A DNA stretch of 64,000 bases, taken from NCBI GenBank assembly GCA_964351985.1, contig CAYGPR010000004.1, positions 67,988-131,987 on the forward strand. The letters are read 5' to 3'. The stretch comes from an uncultured Maribacter sp. Lineage in GTDB: Bacteria; Bacteroidota; Bacteroidia; Flavobacteriales; Flavobacteriaceae. The translations under genes were made by a program, and so were the position numbers. How positions within the stretch are numbered: position 1 is the first letter of the stretch; every line of letters starts with the position of its first letter. The notes under the pieces are model-generated. The model saw only the letters and a list, made by a program, of their open reading frames with translations. It was not told where the DNA came from and did not search any database. Shown piece after piece: positions 9,331 through 17,741 of this stretch.

Positions 9331-11100
9331 ATGGGAGGCAAAGCTAACAGACCAATACCCGAAGTTAATGTCTTTTGCAAAGAAGACTACGAATCTATGG
9401 CTTTTCGTGAGATTAGTGCTATAGACGGTATTCACCTATATGATTTTCAAATACGTTATTCGGAGGCAATCTTTCCTAAACCCGTAACCCTTCAATGGAA
9501 AATACCCGCGCATAATGTAAAAGGCATGTGGCAGCCTACTACTGACTTCAACAAACGCACGCATTATGACTGGGAAAAAAGGGTCATGGAATCTCGAATT
9601 TCCATAGATGCCCCGGTCATTTGCCTTTTTGGTCATGATGATAATAACGTCCTTACTTTTGCTTGCAACGACGCCATAAGTACTGTTTTGTTTGATGCGT
9701 GTATTCGAGAAGAAGACGACCATTATCATTGCCATATCACCTTTTTTATGGAGCCAGAAATGGCATTGACCCATTATGTTGCCCAATTACGAATGGACAC
9801 CCGGTCTATTCATTTTTCCGATAGCCTGAAGGATGTTTCCTCATGGTGGGAAACTTTCAAAAACCTAAAACCGATACCTGTGCCGGATATCGCCAAACAA
9901 CCCGTGTATTCCACATGGTACCAGTTTCATCAAAACCTGAATGAAGACGTGTTGTTGGCGGAGTGCAAAATAGCTTCCGAATTAGGATACAACTCGATTA
10001 TTATCGACGATGGCTGGCAGACCCAAGATTCAAATCGAGGGTATGATTATACCGGAGATTGGCAGCCCGACCGTATTCCGAAAATGGGTCGATTTATAGC
10101 GAAAATCCATGATCTTGATATGAAAGCGGCCTTATGGTACTCGGTTCCGTTTTGTGGTAAAAAGTCAGAAGCGTATCAAAAGTTCAAGGGCAAGTTCTTG
10201 ACCGAAGACCATCGTTGGGCGCCTGTTTTCGATCCGAGATATCCCGAGGTTCGAGAACATTTGATTGGGTTATACACCAGTGCCCTGAGGGATTGGAAGC
10301 TTGACGGGTTCAAATTAGACTTTATAGACGACTTCCATGTGTACAAAGACACTCCTTTAGGAAAAAAGGACGGTCGGGATTATGGCTCCATTAACGGGGC
10401 GGTGGATCGTTTGATGACCGATGTAATCAATGAATTACGAGCTATAAACCCCGATGTATTTGTAGAATTCCGTCAAAAATATACAGGCCCCGCCATGCGC
10501 AAATACGGCAATATGTTCCGGGCTTTTGATTGTCCAGGGGATGCGACGATGAACCGGGTACGCATTGCTGATATTAAAATGTTGTGTGGTGAAACGGCCG
10601 TGCATTCCGATATGGTTACCTGGCATTTTGAAGAACGAGTTGAGGTGGCCGCCCTACAATTGATGAATACTTTGTTCGGTGTGCCACAATTATCGGTGCT
10701 TTTAAAAGATACACCGCCCGACCATCTAGAAATGATCCGGTTTTATACGAACTACTGGAACCAAAATCGAGATGTGCTGATGAACGGTCTTTTCGTCCCC
10801 TCTAAACCGTTGGCCAACTATCCGACACAGCGGGTGGTATATGATGATCATACTATTATAGGAGTTTACGATGAATTTGTTATTCCGATTGAGAATATTA
10901 CATCCAATATCCATTTCTTGAATGTAAAGCTCACGAACGAGGTTGTTGTAAAGTGTGCGGAGAATTTTGGAGATTTTACTGGAATCGTTTATGATTGCCT
11001 AGGTAATATCTTTTCGGAAATCACCGTAGCGCTATCAAAGGGAATAACCGCAATTGAAATTCCCCCTGGCGGAATGATTGCCTTAAAAGAGCTACCATGA
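9331..11100 (+). CDS. Alpha-galactosidase-like glycoside hydrolase (clan GH-D, GH36-like), cytoplasmic
   Basis: Melibiase-type motif SIIIDDGWQTQDSNRGYDYTGDWQPD...KFP-like spacing, and putative nucleophile region WKLDGFKLDFIDDF. No signal peptide. Confidence 0.6.
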   Translation: MGGKANRPIPEVNVFCKEDYESMAFREISAIDGIHLYDFQIRYSEAIFPKPVTLQWKIPAHNVKGMWQPTTDFNKRTHYDWEKRVMESRISIDAPVICLFGHDDNNVLTFACNDAISTVLFDACIREEDDHYHCHITFFMEPEMALTHYVAQLRMDTRSIHFSDSLKDVSSWWETFKNLKPIPVPDIAKQPVYSTWYQFHQNLNEDVLLAECKIASELGYNSIIIDDGWQTQDSNRGYDYTGDWQPDRIPKMGRFIAKIHDLDMKAALWYSVPFCGKKSEAYQKFKGKFLTEDHRWAPVFDPRYPEVREHLIGLYTSALRDWKLDGFKLDFIDDFHVYKDTPLGKKDGRDYGSINGAVDRLMTDVINELRAINPDVFVEFRQKYTGPAMRKYGNMFRAFDCPGDATMNRVRIADIKMLCGETAVHSDMVTWHFEERVEVAALQLMNTLFGVPQLSVLLKDTPPDHLEMIRFYTNYWNQNRDVLMNGLFVPSKPLANYPTQRVVYDDHTIIGVYDEFVIPIENITSNIHFLNVKLTNEVVVKCAENFGDFTGIVYDCLGNIFSEITVALSKGITAIEIPPGGMIALKELP

Positions 11101-11654
11101 CCGAGAAGGAAAAAATGTTACAAGGACATCCCTACGATCCGATGGACAAAGAATTAATTAAGGGTAGGTTGAACGCCCGAAGACTGATACGTGAAATATC
11201 GGCCATTCCAGAAACCAAGGAAAAACAGAGAAAACATCTTTTTAAAGAACTTTTTGCAAAAACAGGAACGCGTTTTTATATAGAAAACCCCTTTATCTGC
11301 GACTACGGGTCCAATATTTATTGGGGAGAAAATTCCTATGCCAATTTTGGATGCGTTATCTTGGATGCCGCACCTGTACATATCGGTAAAAATGTGATGC
11401 TGGCACCAGCGGTCAAGATCTTTACGGCGACGCATCCGTTGGAATATGACGTGCGCAATTCTGGTATAGAATCTGCAAAACCCGTTGTAATCGGAGATAA
11501 CGTGTGGATCGGTGGAGGTGCGATTCTCAATCCGGGTGTGACCATCGGAAACAATTCTGTTATTGGGTCTGGTAGTGTTGTTACAAAAGACATTCCGGAG
11601 AATGTTGTCGCGGCAGGCAACCCCTGTAAGGTGATAAAACCAATCGAAAACTAA
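11097..11654 (+). CDS. Maltose/galactoside O-acetyltransferase (LacA/Maa family, hexapeptide repeat)
   Basis: N-terminal Mac domain (MTEKEKMLQGHPYDPMDKELIKGRLNARRL). Left-handed beta-helix hexapeptides (IGDNVWIGGGAILNPGVTIGNNSVIGSGSVV). ATGA overlap with the upstream hydrolase gene. Confidence 0.85.
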   Translation: MTEKEKMLQGHPYDPMDKELIKGRLNARRLIREISAIPETKEKQRKHLFKELFAKTGTRFYIENPFICDYGSNIYWGENSYANFGCVILDAAPVHIGKNVMLAPAVKIFTATHPLEYDVRNSGIESAKPVVIGDNVWIGGGAILNPGVTIGNNSVIGSGSVVTKDIPENVVAAGNPCKVIKPIEN

Positions 11655-11679
11655 ACTATAAACCAAAAAATACTGCACA

Positions 11680-13335
11680 ATGGGCTCTCTTTCAATAATA
11701 TCATTCATAGGTTTTACTGCATTGGTAGCTTTTATCGCTTGGTGGGCCACGCGCGGTACCAATGAAAAATCAGCCGATGGATTTTATTTAGGGGGGCGAA
11801 GTTTAGGGGCGGTAACCATTGCTGGCTCTTTATTATTGACCAACCTCTCAGCAGAGCAAATCGTAGGACTCAATGGGCAAGCCTTTACCGAAGGTATTTT
11901 GGTCATGGCCTGGGAAACTTTGGCCGCCATAGCACTGGTATTGACCGCTGTAGTACTCTTGCCTAAATATATGAAGGGCGGTATTACGACGATTCCCCAA
12001 TTTATCGAAAGTAGGTTCGATGCCCAGACTAAGTCTATATTATCCATTTTGTTTCTTTTCGCCTATGGCCTGGTTTTGCTTCCGACTATTTTATATTCGG
12101 GATCTTTGGCGTTTAGTTCAATGTTCGATCTTCCAAGCCTCTTGGGGGTCAGTCAGCAGGCCACCATCTATTTATGCGTGTGGAGTATCGGTATCATCGG
12201 TTCCATTTATGCGATTTTCGGAGGATTAAAAGCCGTAGCCGTTTCAGATTTGATCAATGCGGTAGGCCTACTTGTAGGTGGTATCTTGATTCCATATTTT
12301 GGATTGAAATTGGTGGGTGATGGAAGTATCGGTGAGGGGATTAGTGTGTTATGGGAAAACCACCCGGATAAATTCGAACTACAGGGCGAAGTGGATTCCT
12401 CTATTCCATTCGGAACCATTTTTACCGGAATGATATTGGCGCAGGTATACTATTGGGGCACCAATCAGTCCATTTTACAAAGGGTGTTCGGCGCCAAAAG
12501 CTTAAAGGAAGGCCAGAAAGGGGTTATGCTGGCGGCCTTGGTCAAGTTCTTGATTCCGGTAATCGTTGTGCTGCCCGGGGTAATCGCTTGGCATGTTTTT
12601 AAGGGTGATTTGACGAACCCCGATCTGGCATACCCTGAATTGGTCCGAAAAGTGTTGCCACCATCGTTATTGGGCTTTTTCGCTGCGGTATTGTTCGGGG
12701 CGGTGCTCAGCTCGTTCAATAGCCTGTTGAACAGTAGTGCTACTTTGTTCGGTTTCGATTTGTACAAACAGTTTTTCAAAAAAGATGCGACGGAGGGGCA
12801 GACTGTAAAAGCCGGAAAGGCCTTTGGGTTGTGTCTTGCTCTGGTTTCTCTGTGCATAGCGCCATTCATCGCTTCGGCACCCGATGGGTTGTTCGCCTAT
12901 ATTCAAGAATCTTTGGGAAGTTTAAGTGTGCCTATTTTAGCAGTTGTAGTTGTAGGCATCTATACACGAAGGGTGCCCGCTTTTTCGGCAAAAATTGTAT
13001 TGACCGTTGGGGTTCTTATGTATTTGGTGAGCCAGTTTGTGATCAGTCCGCTGATGGTCGATAGTGCGCTGGCGGAAGCCGCGACGAACGGAATAACCGA
13101 CCCCAAAGCGCTGAGTATTATCAAGGCGGAGGCATATCCGCATTTTCTTCATATTATGGGCATTCTATTTGTATTCAATGTTGGTTTTATGCTGCTCATG
13201 GGCAAACTAAAACCACAAACACACGAATACAAAGAGCTTGTAACCGATGAAATCGATAGCACACCATGGAAATATGCCTTGTTAACGGGTGCAATTATAA
13301 CGGTGATGGTACTGAGTACCTACTTGATTTTTTAA
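11680..13335 (+). CDS. Sodium:solute symporter (SSF/SGLT-like) transporter
   Basis: About 13-14 TM segments. N-terminal SSF motif GGRSLGAVTIAGSLLLTNLSAEQIVGLNG. Confidence 0.8.
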   Translation: MGSLSIISFIGFTALVAFIAWWATRGTNEKSADGFYLGGRSLGAVTIAGSLLLTNLSAEQIVGLNGQAFTEGILVMAWETLAAIALVLTAVVLLPKYMKGGITTIPQFIESRFDAQTKSILSILFLFAYGLVLLPTILYSGSLAFSSMFDLPSLLGVSQQATIYLCVWSIGIIGSIYAIFGGLKAVAVSDLINAVGLLVGGILIPYFGLKLVGDGSIGEGISVLWENHPDKFELQGEVDSSIPFGTIFTGMILAQVYYWGTNQSILQRVFGAKSLKEGQKGVMLAALVKFLIPVIVVLPGVIAWHVFKGDLTNPDLAYPELVRKVLPPSLLGFFAAVLFGAVLSSFNSLLNSSATLFGFDLYKQFFKKDATEGQTVKAGKAFGLCLALVSLCIAPFIASAPDGLFAYIQESLGSLSVPILAVVVVGIYTRRVPAFSAKIVLTVGVLMYLVSQFVISPLMVDSALAEAATNGITDPKALSIIKAEAYPHFLHIMGILFVFNVGFMLLMGKLKPQTHEYKELVTDEIDSTPWKYALLTGAIITVMVLSTYLIF

Positions 13336-13371
13336 TGCCAAATTAAGGTATTGAGAGATAAAAAACAGAGT

Positions 13372-14427
13372 TTAATTAGGTTCGATCGGCTCGGGATCTT
13401 TCATGGTGTCATAAAAATCTGCAAGAATCTCCTCTCGATTAAAGTTTTCCCAAAGACGAATATTACGTCTGTTATCCGGTCGTTCCATCCATGTATTATC
13501 GATTAAAACTGGGGCTGGAATATTTTTGGTTTCTCCCCAATCTTCGTTTTTTAAAATTGCAAGGGCCACCATATCAAAAAGAGGTCTAGAGGGCGTAACT
13601 TCCGATGTGCCCATATGGTCGAATATGTGTTCGAATAGATTCACTGCGTAATCTCCAAAAGTTTCGAAAGTACCACCATGTCGGCCGATGATAGGTTCGG
13701 TGGCTTTCGGGCCGAGACCTGCCATTTTTTGATCGACTTCTGTTTTGGTCACTGCGACCGCATCGGTACCAGAAGGTTTTCCATAGCGGACCGTGACCAT
13801 CTCGAAGGGAATTTTACTGTTCAGTACATAGTTCATCGCAATGGTATCGTTATCCTGATTGTATTCGCCAGGTTCTGGGTAGTTACTTCCCAACCAAACA
13901 ATTTTTGTACGCTCGGCAAAACCCGGGTCTTTCTTCAAGGCTAGGGCAATATTGGTCAGTTTACCGACCGCAACTACGATAACGGAATCTTTTTTGGTTT
14001 CCTCTAAGATGAAATCGACACCATCTTGTCCGTCATAATGGGTAGGGTCGAAGTTTTCTGATATTTCCTTGAAATTTCCTTCGGCCCCTTTTAACAGTGG
14101 AGTCGCCCCCTTCAGGTTACACAACTGCATAATACGTTCCGCCTCGTTGTAATGACCTTGAACATCGGGATCATTTCTTGTAGCGTTTACGGTAATTCCC
14201 TTTACATCGAACACATCGCCGTTAAATAACATATAGGCGATGGCGAATTGATCGTCAAGTTCGTTGTTGGCATCGGTATCGAAAATGACCTTTGTTTTTT
14301 TGGGGGTAGCCTTTATTGAAGTTTCAACAACAGCGTTTTTTGAGGGGGCCATTACCTTCTTTTCTTTGCACGAAGTAGCAATGAACACAATCAGTACTAA
14401 AGAGGCGAGCATCAGTTTTAACTTCAT
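13372..14427 (-). CDS. Nucleoside hydrolase (IUNH family) with lipoprotein signal
   Basis: N-terminal MKLKLMLASLVLIVFIATSC lipobox. Catalytic Asp cluster DTDANNELDDQFAIAY. Confidence 0.75.
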   Translation of the reverse strand: MKLKLMLASLVLIVFIATSCKEKKVMAPSKNAVVETSIKATPKKTKVIFDTDANNELDDQFAIAYMLFNGDVFDVKGITVNATRNDPDVQGHYNEAERIMQLCNLKGATPLLKGAEGNFKEISENFDPTHYDGQDGVDFILEETKKDSVIVVAVGKLTNIALALKKDPGFAERTKIVWLGSNYPEPGEYNQDNDTIAMNYVLNSKIPFEMVTVRYGKPSGTDAVAVTKTEVDQKMAGLGPKATEPIIGRHGGTFETFGDYAVNLFEHIFDHMGTSEVTPSRPLFDMVALAILKNEDWGETKNIPAPVLIDNTWMERPDNRRNIRLWENFNREEILADFYDTMKDPEPIEPN

Positions 14428-14519
14428 GATTAAGAATTTTTGTTTTAAAAATGGAAATTACGAAAAATGCTCTTGACTTTTGTGCGCGCAAGCTGTAAGA
14501 TGCATTTTGATGAGTTGGA

Positions 14520-14547
14520 CAGATTGCTCTGCTTTGCTCGCAATGAC
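14520..14547 (-). repeat. Family A palindromic element (reverse orientation): GTCATTGCGAG-caaagcaga-GCAATCTG
   Basis: Shares both terminal motifs with the copies at 15968-16006 and 40436-40482. Lies 2 nt after the stop codon of the deacetylase gene. Confidence 0.75.
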
Positions 14548-14549
14548 GA

Positions 14550-15452
14550 TTAAAAGAAAATCTCTTTCGCGGCCCTAAAAGTATTTGAGTGCGCATCGAC
14601 AATGATTTTTATATCGGGAGAATACCCGCCGCCCATACTGCATTGCACGGGTATTTGGTTTTTCTGACAGGTTTCCAATACGAATTCATCTCGTTGCCTA
14701 CATCCATGTACCGACATTGATAGCGTACCGAGTTTATCGGTTGCGATAACATCGACACCGCAGAGGTAAAAGATAAAATTCGGACTTACGGTTTCGATAA
14801 GCTTTGGAAGATTCTCTTTTAATATGGAAAGATATTCGGCATCTTCGGTTCCTTTTTTTAAGGGTATATCCAAATCTGACTGTTCTTTTTTAAAAGGATA
14901 ATTCCCAGCGCCGTGCATAGAAAAGGTAAAAACGGAAGAATCATTTTGAAAGATTTCCGCTGTACCGTTTCCTTGGTGTACATCGAGATCTATGATCAAA
15001 ACTTTTTTTGCCAAACCCTTGGCCTGTAGGTATCGTGCTCCAATGGCCTGATCGTTAAGCATGCAAAAAGCTTCGCCCCGATCGGTATAAGCGTGATGTG
15101 TGCCCCCAGCGATATTCATGGCGATTCCATTTTGTAGGGCGAATTCGCAGGCCTTCATTGTGCCATCGGCAATGATCCGCTCGCGTTCTACCAAAACCTC
15201 GGATAATGGGAAACCGATTTTTCTAGCCTCCTTGGGTGGAATCTTGATATTCAACAAATCATAATAATATTCTGGATCATGTACCGCAACAATGTACTTG
15301 TCATTGGGTATTTCAGGCTCGAAAAAATTGTTAGGCTCACACGTGCCTTCGTGGATTAGTTGCTTGGGCAGCAACTCATATTTCAACATGGGGAAGCGAT
15401 GGCCTTCGGGTAGTGGGTGTTTGTAGATGGGGTGGTAGGCTATTTTGAGCAC
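14550..15452 (-). CDS. Histone deacetylase-family (HDAC/AcuC-like) Zn-dependent deacetylase
   Basis: Motifs GGTHHAYTDRGEAFCMLND and IIDLDVHQGNGT. Confidence 0.85.
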   Translation of the reverse strand: MLKIAYHPIYKHPLPEGHRFPMLKYELLPKQLIHEGTCEPNNFFEPEIPNDKYIVAVHDPEYYYDLLNIKIPPKEARKIGFPLSEVLVERERIIADGTMKACEFALQNGIAMNIAGGTHHAYTDRGEAFCMLNDQAIGARYLQAKGLAKKVLIIDLDVHQGNGTAEIFQNDSSVFTFSMHGAGNYPFKKEQSDLDIPLKKGTEDAEYLSILKENLPKLIETVSPNFIFYLCGVDVIATDKLGTLSMSVHGCRQRDEFVLETCQKNQIPVQCSMGGGYSPDIKIIVDAHSNTFRAAKEIFF

Positions 15453-15457
15453 CGTTA

Positions 15458-17590
15458 TTAACTGATTTTTACCCCATCGTCAACCCCATCTTCATCTGGG
15501 TTGACAAAAACCAACTTACCATCTGTGCCCTCGGCCAATAAAATCATACCCTGACTTTCGGTACCGCGTAATTTTCGTGGGGCCAAATTGATCAGTACGG
15601 TAACTTTTCTGCCGATCAGTTCCTCGGCGGTAAAATGTTCTGCGATGCCCGAAACAATGGTTCTCTTATCTAATCCGGTATCGACTTTCATGACCATCAA
15701 CTTATCGGTCTTTGGCATTTTTTCGGCCTCTAAGATGGTGCCGACGCGCATATCCAATTTTGAGAAGTCTTCGTAGGTAATGGTTTCTTTTTGTGGCATT
15801 AGGGTTTTATTTTCGTTGTCATTGGATTTTTTAGTGGCTTCTAGCTTATCGAGTTGGGCCTTGATTTCGTCATCCTCTACTTTTCGGAAGAGGAGTTCGG
15901 CTTTTCCGATTTGATGGTTTGAGGGAAGGAGGGACTCTTTTTTGGAAACATCTTCCCATTTCAATGAGTCATTGCGAGACCCGTTTTTTAGGGTCGCGGC
16001 AATCTGCTGAGCGTTGGCCGCATCGTTGCTCTCCGCGCTAAGACGAAGTATTTGCTTGAGCTTAGTAGAAGTAAAGGGCAAAAAAGGTTCGCTCAAAACG
16101 GCAAGTGCGGTTGCGATCTGTAGGGCGACGAACATGATGGTCTTGACCCGTTCTTCGTCTTCTTTGATTACTTTCCATGGTTCTTCGTCGGCCAAGTATT
16201 TATTTCCTAAACGAGCGAGGTTCATCAGTTCTTGGCTTGCTTCACGAAAGCGGTACCGTTCAATGGAACTTGAGATAATTTCCGGGTATTTTCGTAATTG
16301 ATCCAATGTATCTTGGTCGATATCCGAAAATTTTCCAGGAGTCGGCACCTTTCCATCATAATACTTATCGGTCAAAACGACCACCCGATTGATAAAGTTC
16401 CCGAAAATGGCTACGAGTTCATTGTTATTGCGTGCCTGAAAGTCCTTCCATGTAAAATCATTGTCCTTCGTCTCGGGTGCATTGGCGGTCAAGGTATATC
16501 GCAGTACATCTTGCATATCAGGGAATTCCTGTAAATATTCATGCAACCAAACCGCCCAATTCTTTGAAGTGGAGAGTTTATTTCCTTCCAAATTCAAAAA
16601 CTCATTGGCAGGTACGTTTTCTGGAAGAATGAAATCTCCGTGAGACTTCAAAATTGCAGGGAAAATAATACAATGGAAAACGATATTGTCCTTACCGATA
16701 AAATGGACCAGTTTGGTGTCCTTGTCCTTCCAATAGGGTTCCCAATCCTTTCCTTTCCGTTCGGCCCATTCTTTGGTAGAAGAAATATAGCCGATGGGCG
16801 CATCGAACCAAACATAAAGCACTTTTCCTTCGCCACCTTCCACGGGGACGGGTATGCCCCAATCCAAATCCCGGGTTACGGCACGGGGTTCGAGACCGCC
16901 ATCGATCCATGATTTACATTGGCCGTAGACATTGGGTTTCCAGTCATTTTTATGTCCCTCGAGAATCCACTCCTTAAGAAATCCTTCATATCGATCTAGA
17001 GGCAGAAACCAATGTTTGGTCTCTTTCGTCGTGGGGACACTACCAGTAATGGTCGATTTCGGATTGATAAGATCTGTGGCATTCAGTGATGAGCCACAAT
17101 TTTCGCACTGATCTCCGTACGCTTCTTCGTGACCGCATTTCGGACATGTACCAACTACGAAACGGTCGGCTAAAAACTGTTTGGCCTCCTCGTCATACAA
17201 CTGTGCGGTGATCTCTTCGATAAAATCACCTTGCTCATATAATTTTATGAAAAAATCGGAAGCGGTTTTATGGTGAACTTCCCTTGAGGTGCGCGAATAA
17301 TTGTCGAAGGTAATTCCGAAATCCTGAAAAGACTTTCGTATGATTCCGTCATATTTGTCGATGACTTCTTTTGGGGTAATGCCCTCTTTTTTGGCTTTCA
17401 TCGAAATAGCGACCCCATGCTCATCGCTTCCGCAGACAAATGCAACATCATTACCTGTCATGCGCAAGTATCGTGCGTAGATATCCGCTGGAACATAAAC
17501 GCCCGCCAAATGCCCTATATGAATGGGGCCGTTGGTATAGGGAAGTGCGGCTGTTATCGTGTATCGCTTCGGATTTGCTTCTTGAGCCAT
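15458..17590 (-). CDS. metG: Methionine--tRNA ligase
   Basis: HIGH motif ([14 protein letters not shown]), KMSKS-like KLSTSKN, Zn knuckles [18 protein letters not shown], and a C-terminal EMAP-like tRNA-binding domain. I prefer the ATG at 17590 ([11 protein letters not shown]...) over the ORF-track start at 17653, because a -7 box lies 19 nt upstream of it. Confidence 0.95.
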   Translation of the reverse strand: MAQEANPKRYTITAALPYTNGPIHIGHLAGVYVPADIYARYLRMTGNDVAFVCGSDEHGVAISMKAKKEGITPKEVIDKYDGIIRKSFQDFGITFDNYSRTSREVHHKTASDFFIKLYEQGDFIEEITAQLYDEEAKQFLADRFVVGTCPKCGHEEAYGDQCENCGSSLNATDLINPKSTITGSVPTTKETKHWFLPLDRYEGFLKEWILEGHKNDWKPNVYGQCKSWIDGGLEPRAVTRDLDWGIPVPVEGGEGKVLYVWFDAPIGYISSTKEWAERKGKDWEPYWKDKDTKLVHFIGKDNIVFHCIIFPAILKSHGDFILPENVPANEFLNLEGNKLSTSKNWAVWLHEYLQEFPDMQDVLRYTLTANAPETKDNDFTWKDFQARNNNELVAIFGNFINRVVVLTDKYYDGKVPTPGKFSDIDQDTLDQLRKYPEIISSSIERYRFREASQELMNLARLGNKYLADEEPWKVIKEDEERVKTIMFVALQIATALAVLSEPFLPFTSTKLKQILRLSAESNDAANAQQIAATLKNGSRNDSLKWEDVSKKESLLPSNHQIGKAELLFRKVEDDEIKAQLDKLEATKKSNDNENKTLMPQKETITYEDFSKLDMRVGTILEAEKMPKTDKLMVMKVDTGLDKRTIVSGIAEHFTAEELIGRKVTVLINLAPRKLRGTESQGMILLAEGTDGKLVFVNPDEDGVDDGVKIS
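15968..16006 (+). repeat. Family A palindromic element inserted in frame inside metG
   Basis: GTCATTGCGAG-acccgttttttagggtc-GCGGCAATCTG. Both 11-mer termini are identical to the intergenic copy at 40436-40482. Internal stem GACCC/GGGTC. Length is 39 nt = 13 codons, read on the minus strand as [14 protein letters not shown]. Confidence 0.75.
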
Positions 17591-17609
17591 CGAGAATAAA
17601 ATTAAGCCC

Positions 17610-17617
17610 CAAAAATA
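17610..17617 (-). promoter_or_regulatory. Bacteroidetes-type -7 promoter box (TAnnTTTG) for metG
   Basis: The plus strand reads CAAAAATA, which is TATTTTTG on the minus strand. It lies 19 nt upstream of the ATG at 17590. Confidence 0.4.
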
Positions 17618-17741
17618 CAGATTTTTACGAGTGGAGTACCTAGAAAACCCCAAGAATATAATCGTAACGGGACTTAAAACACAAAACCCTCGGAGTGTCC
17701 GAAGACACCGCCGAAGGTTAAGTTACATAGTGGGGGTCTTG

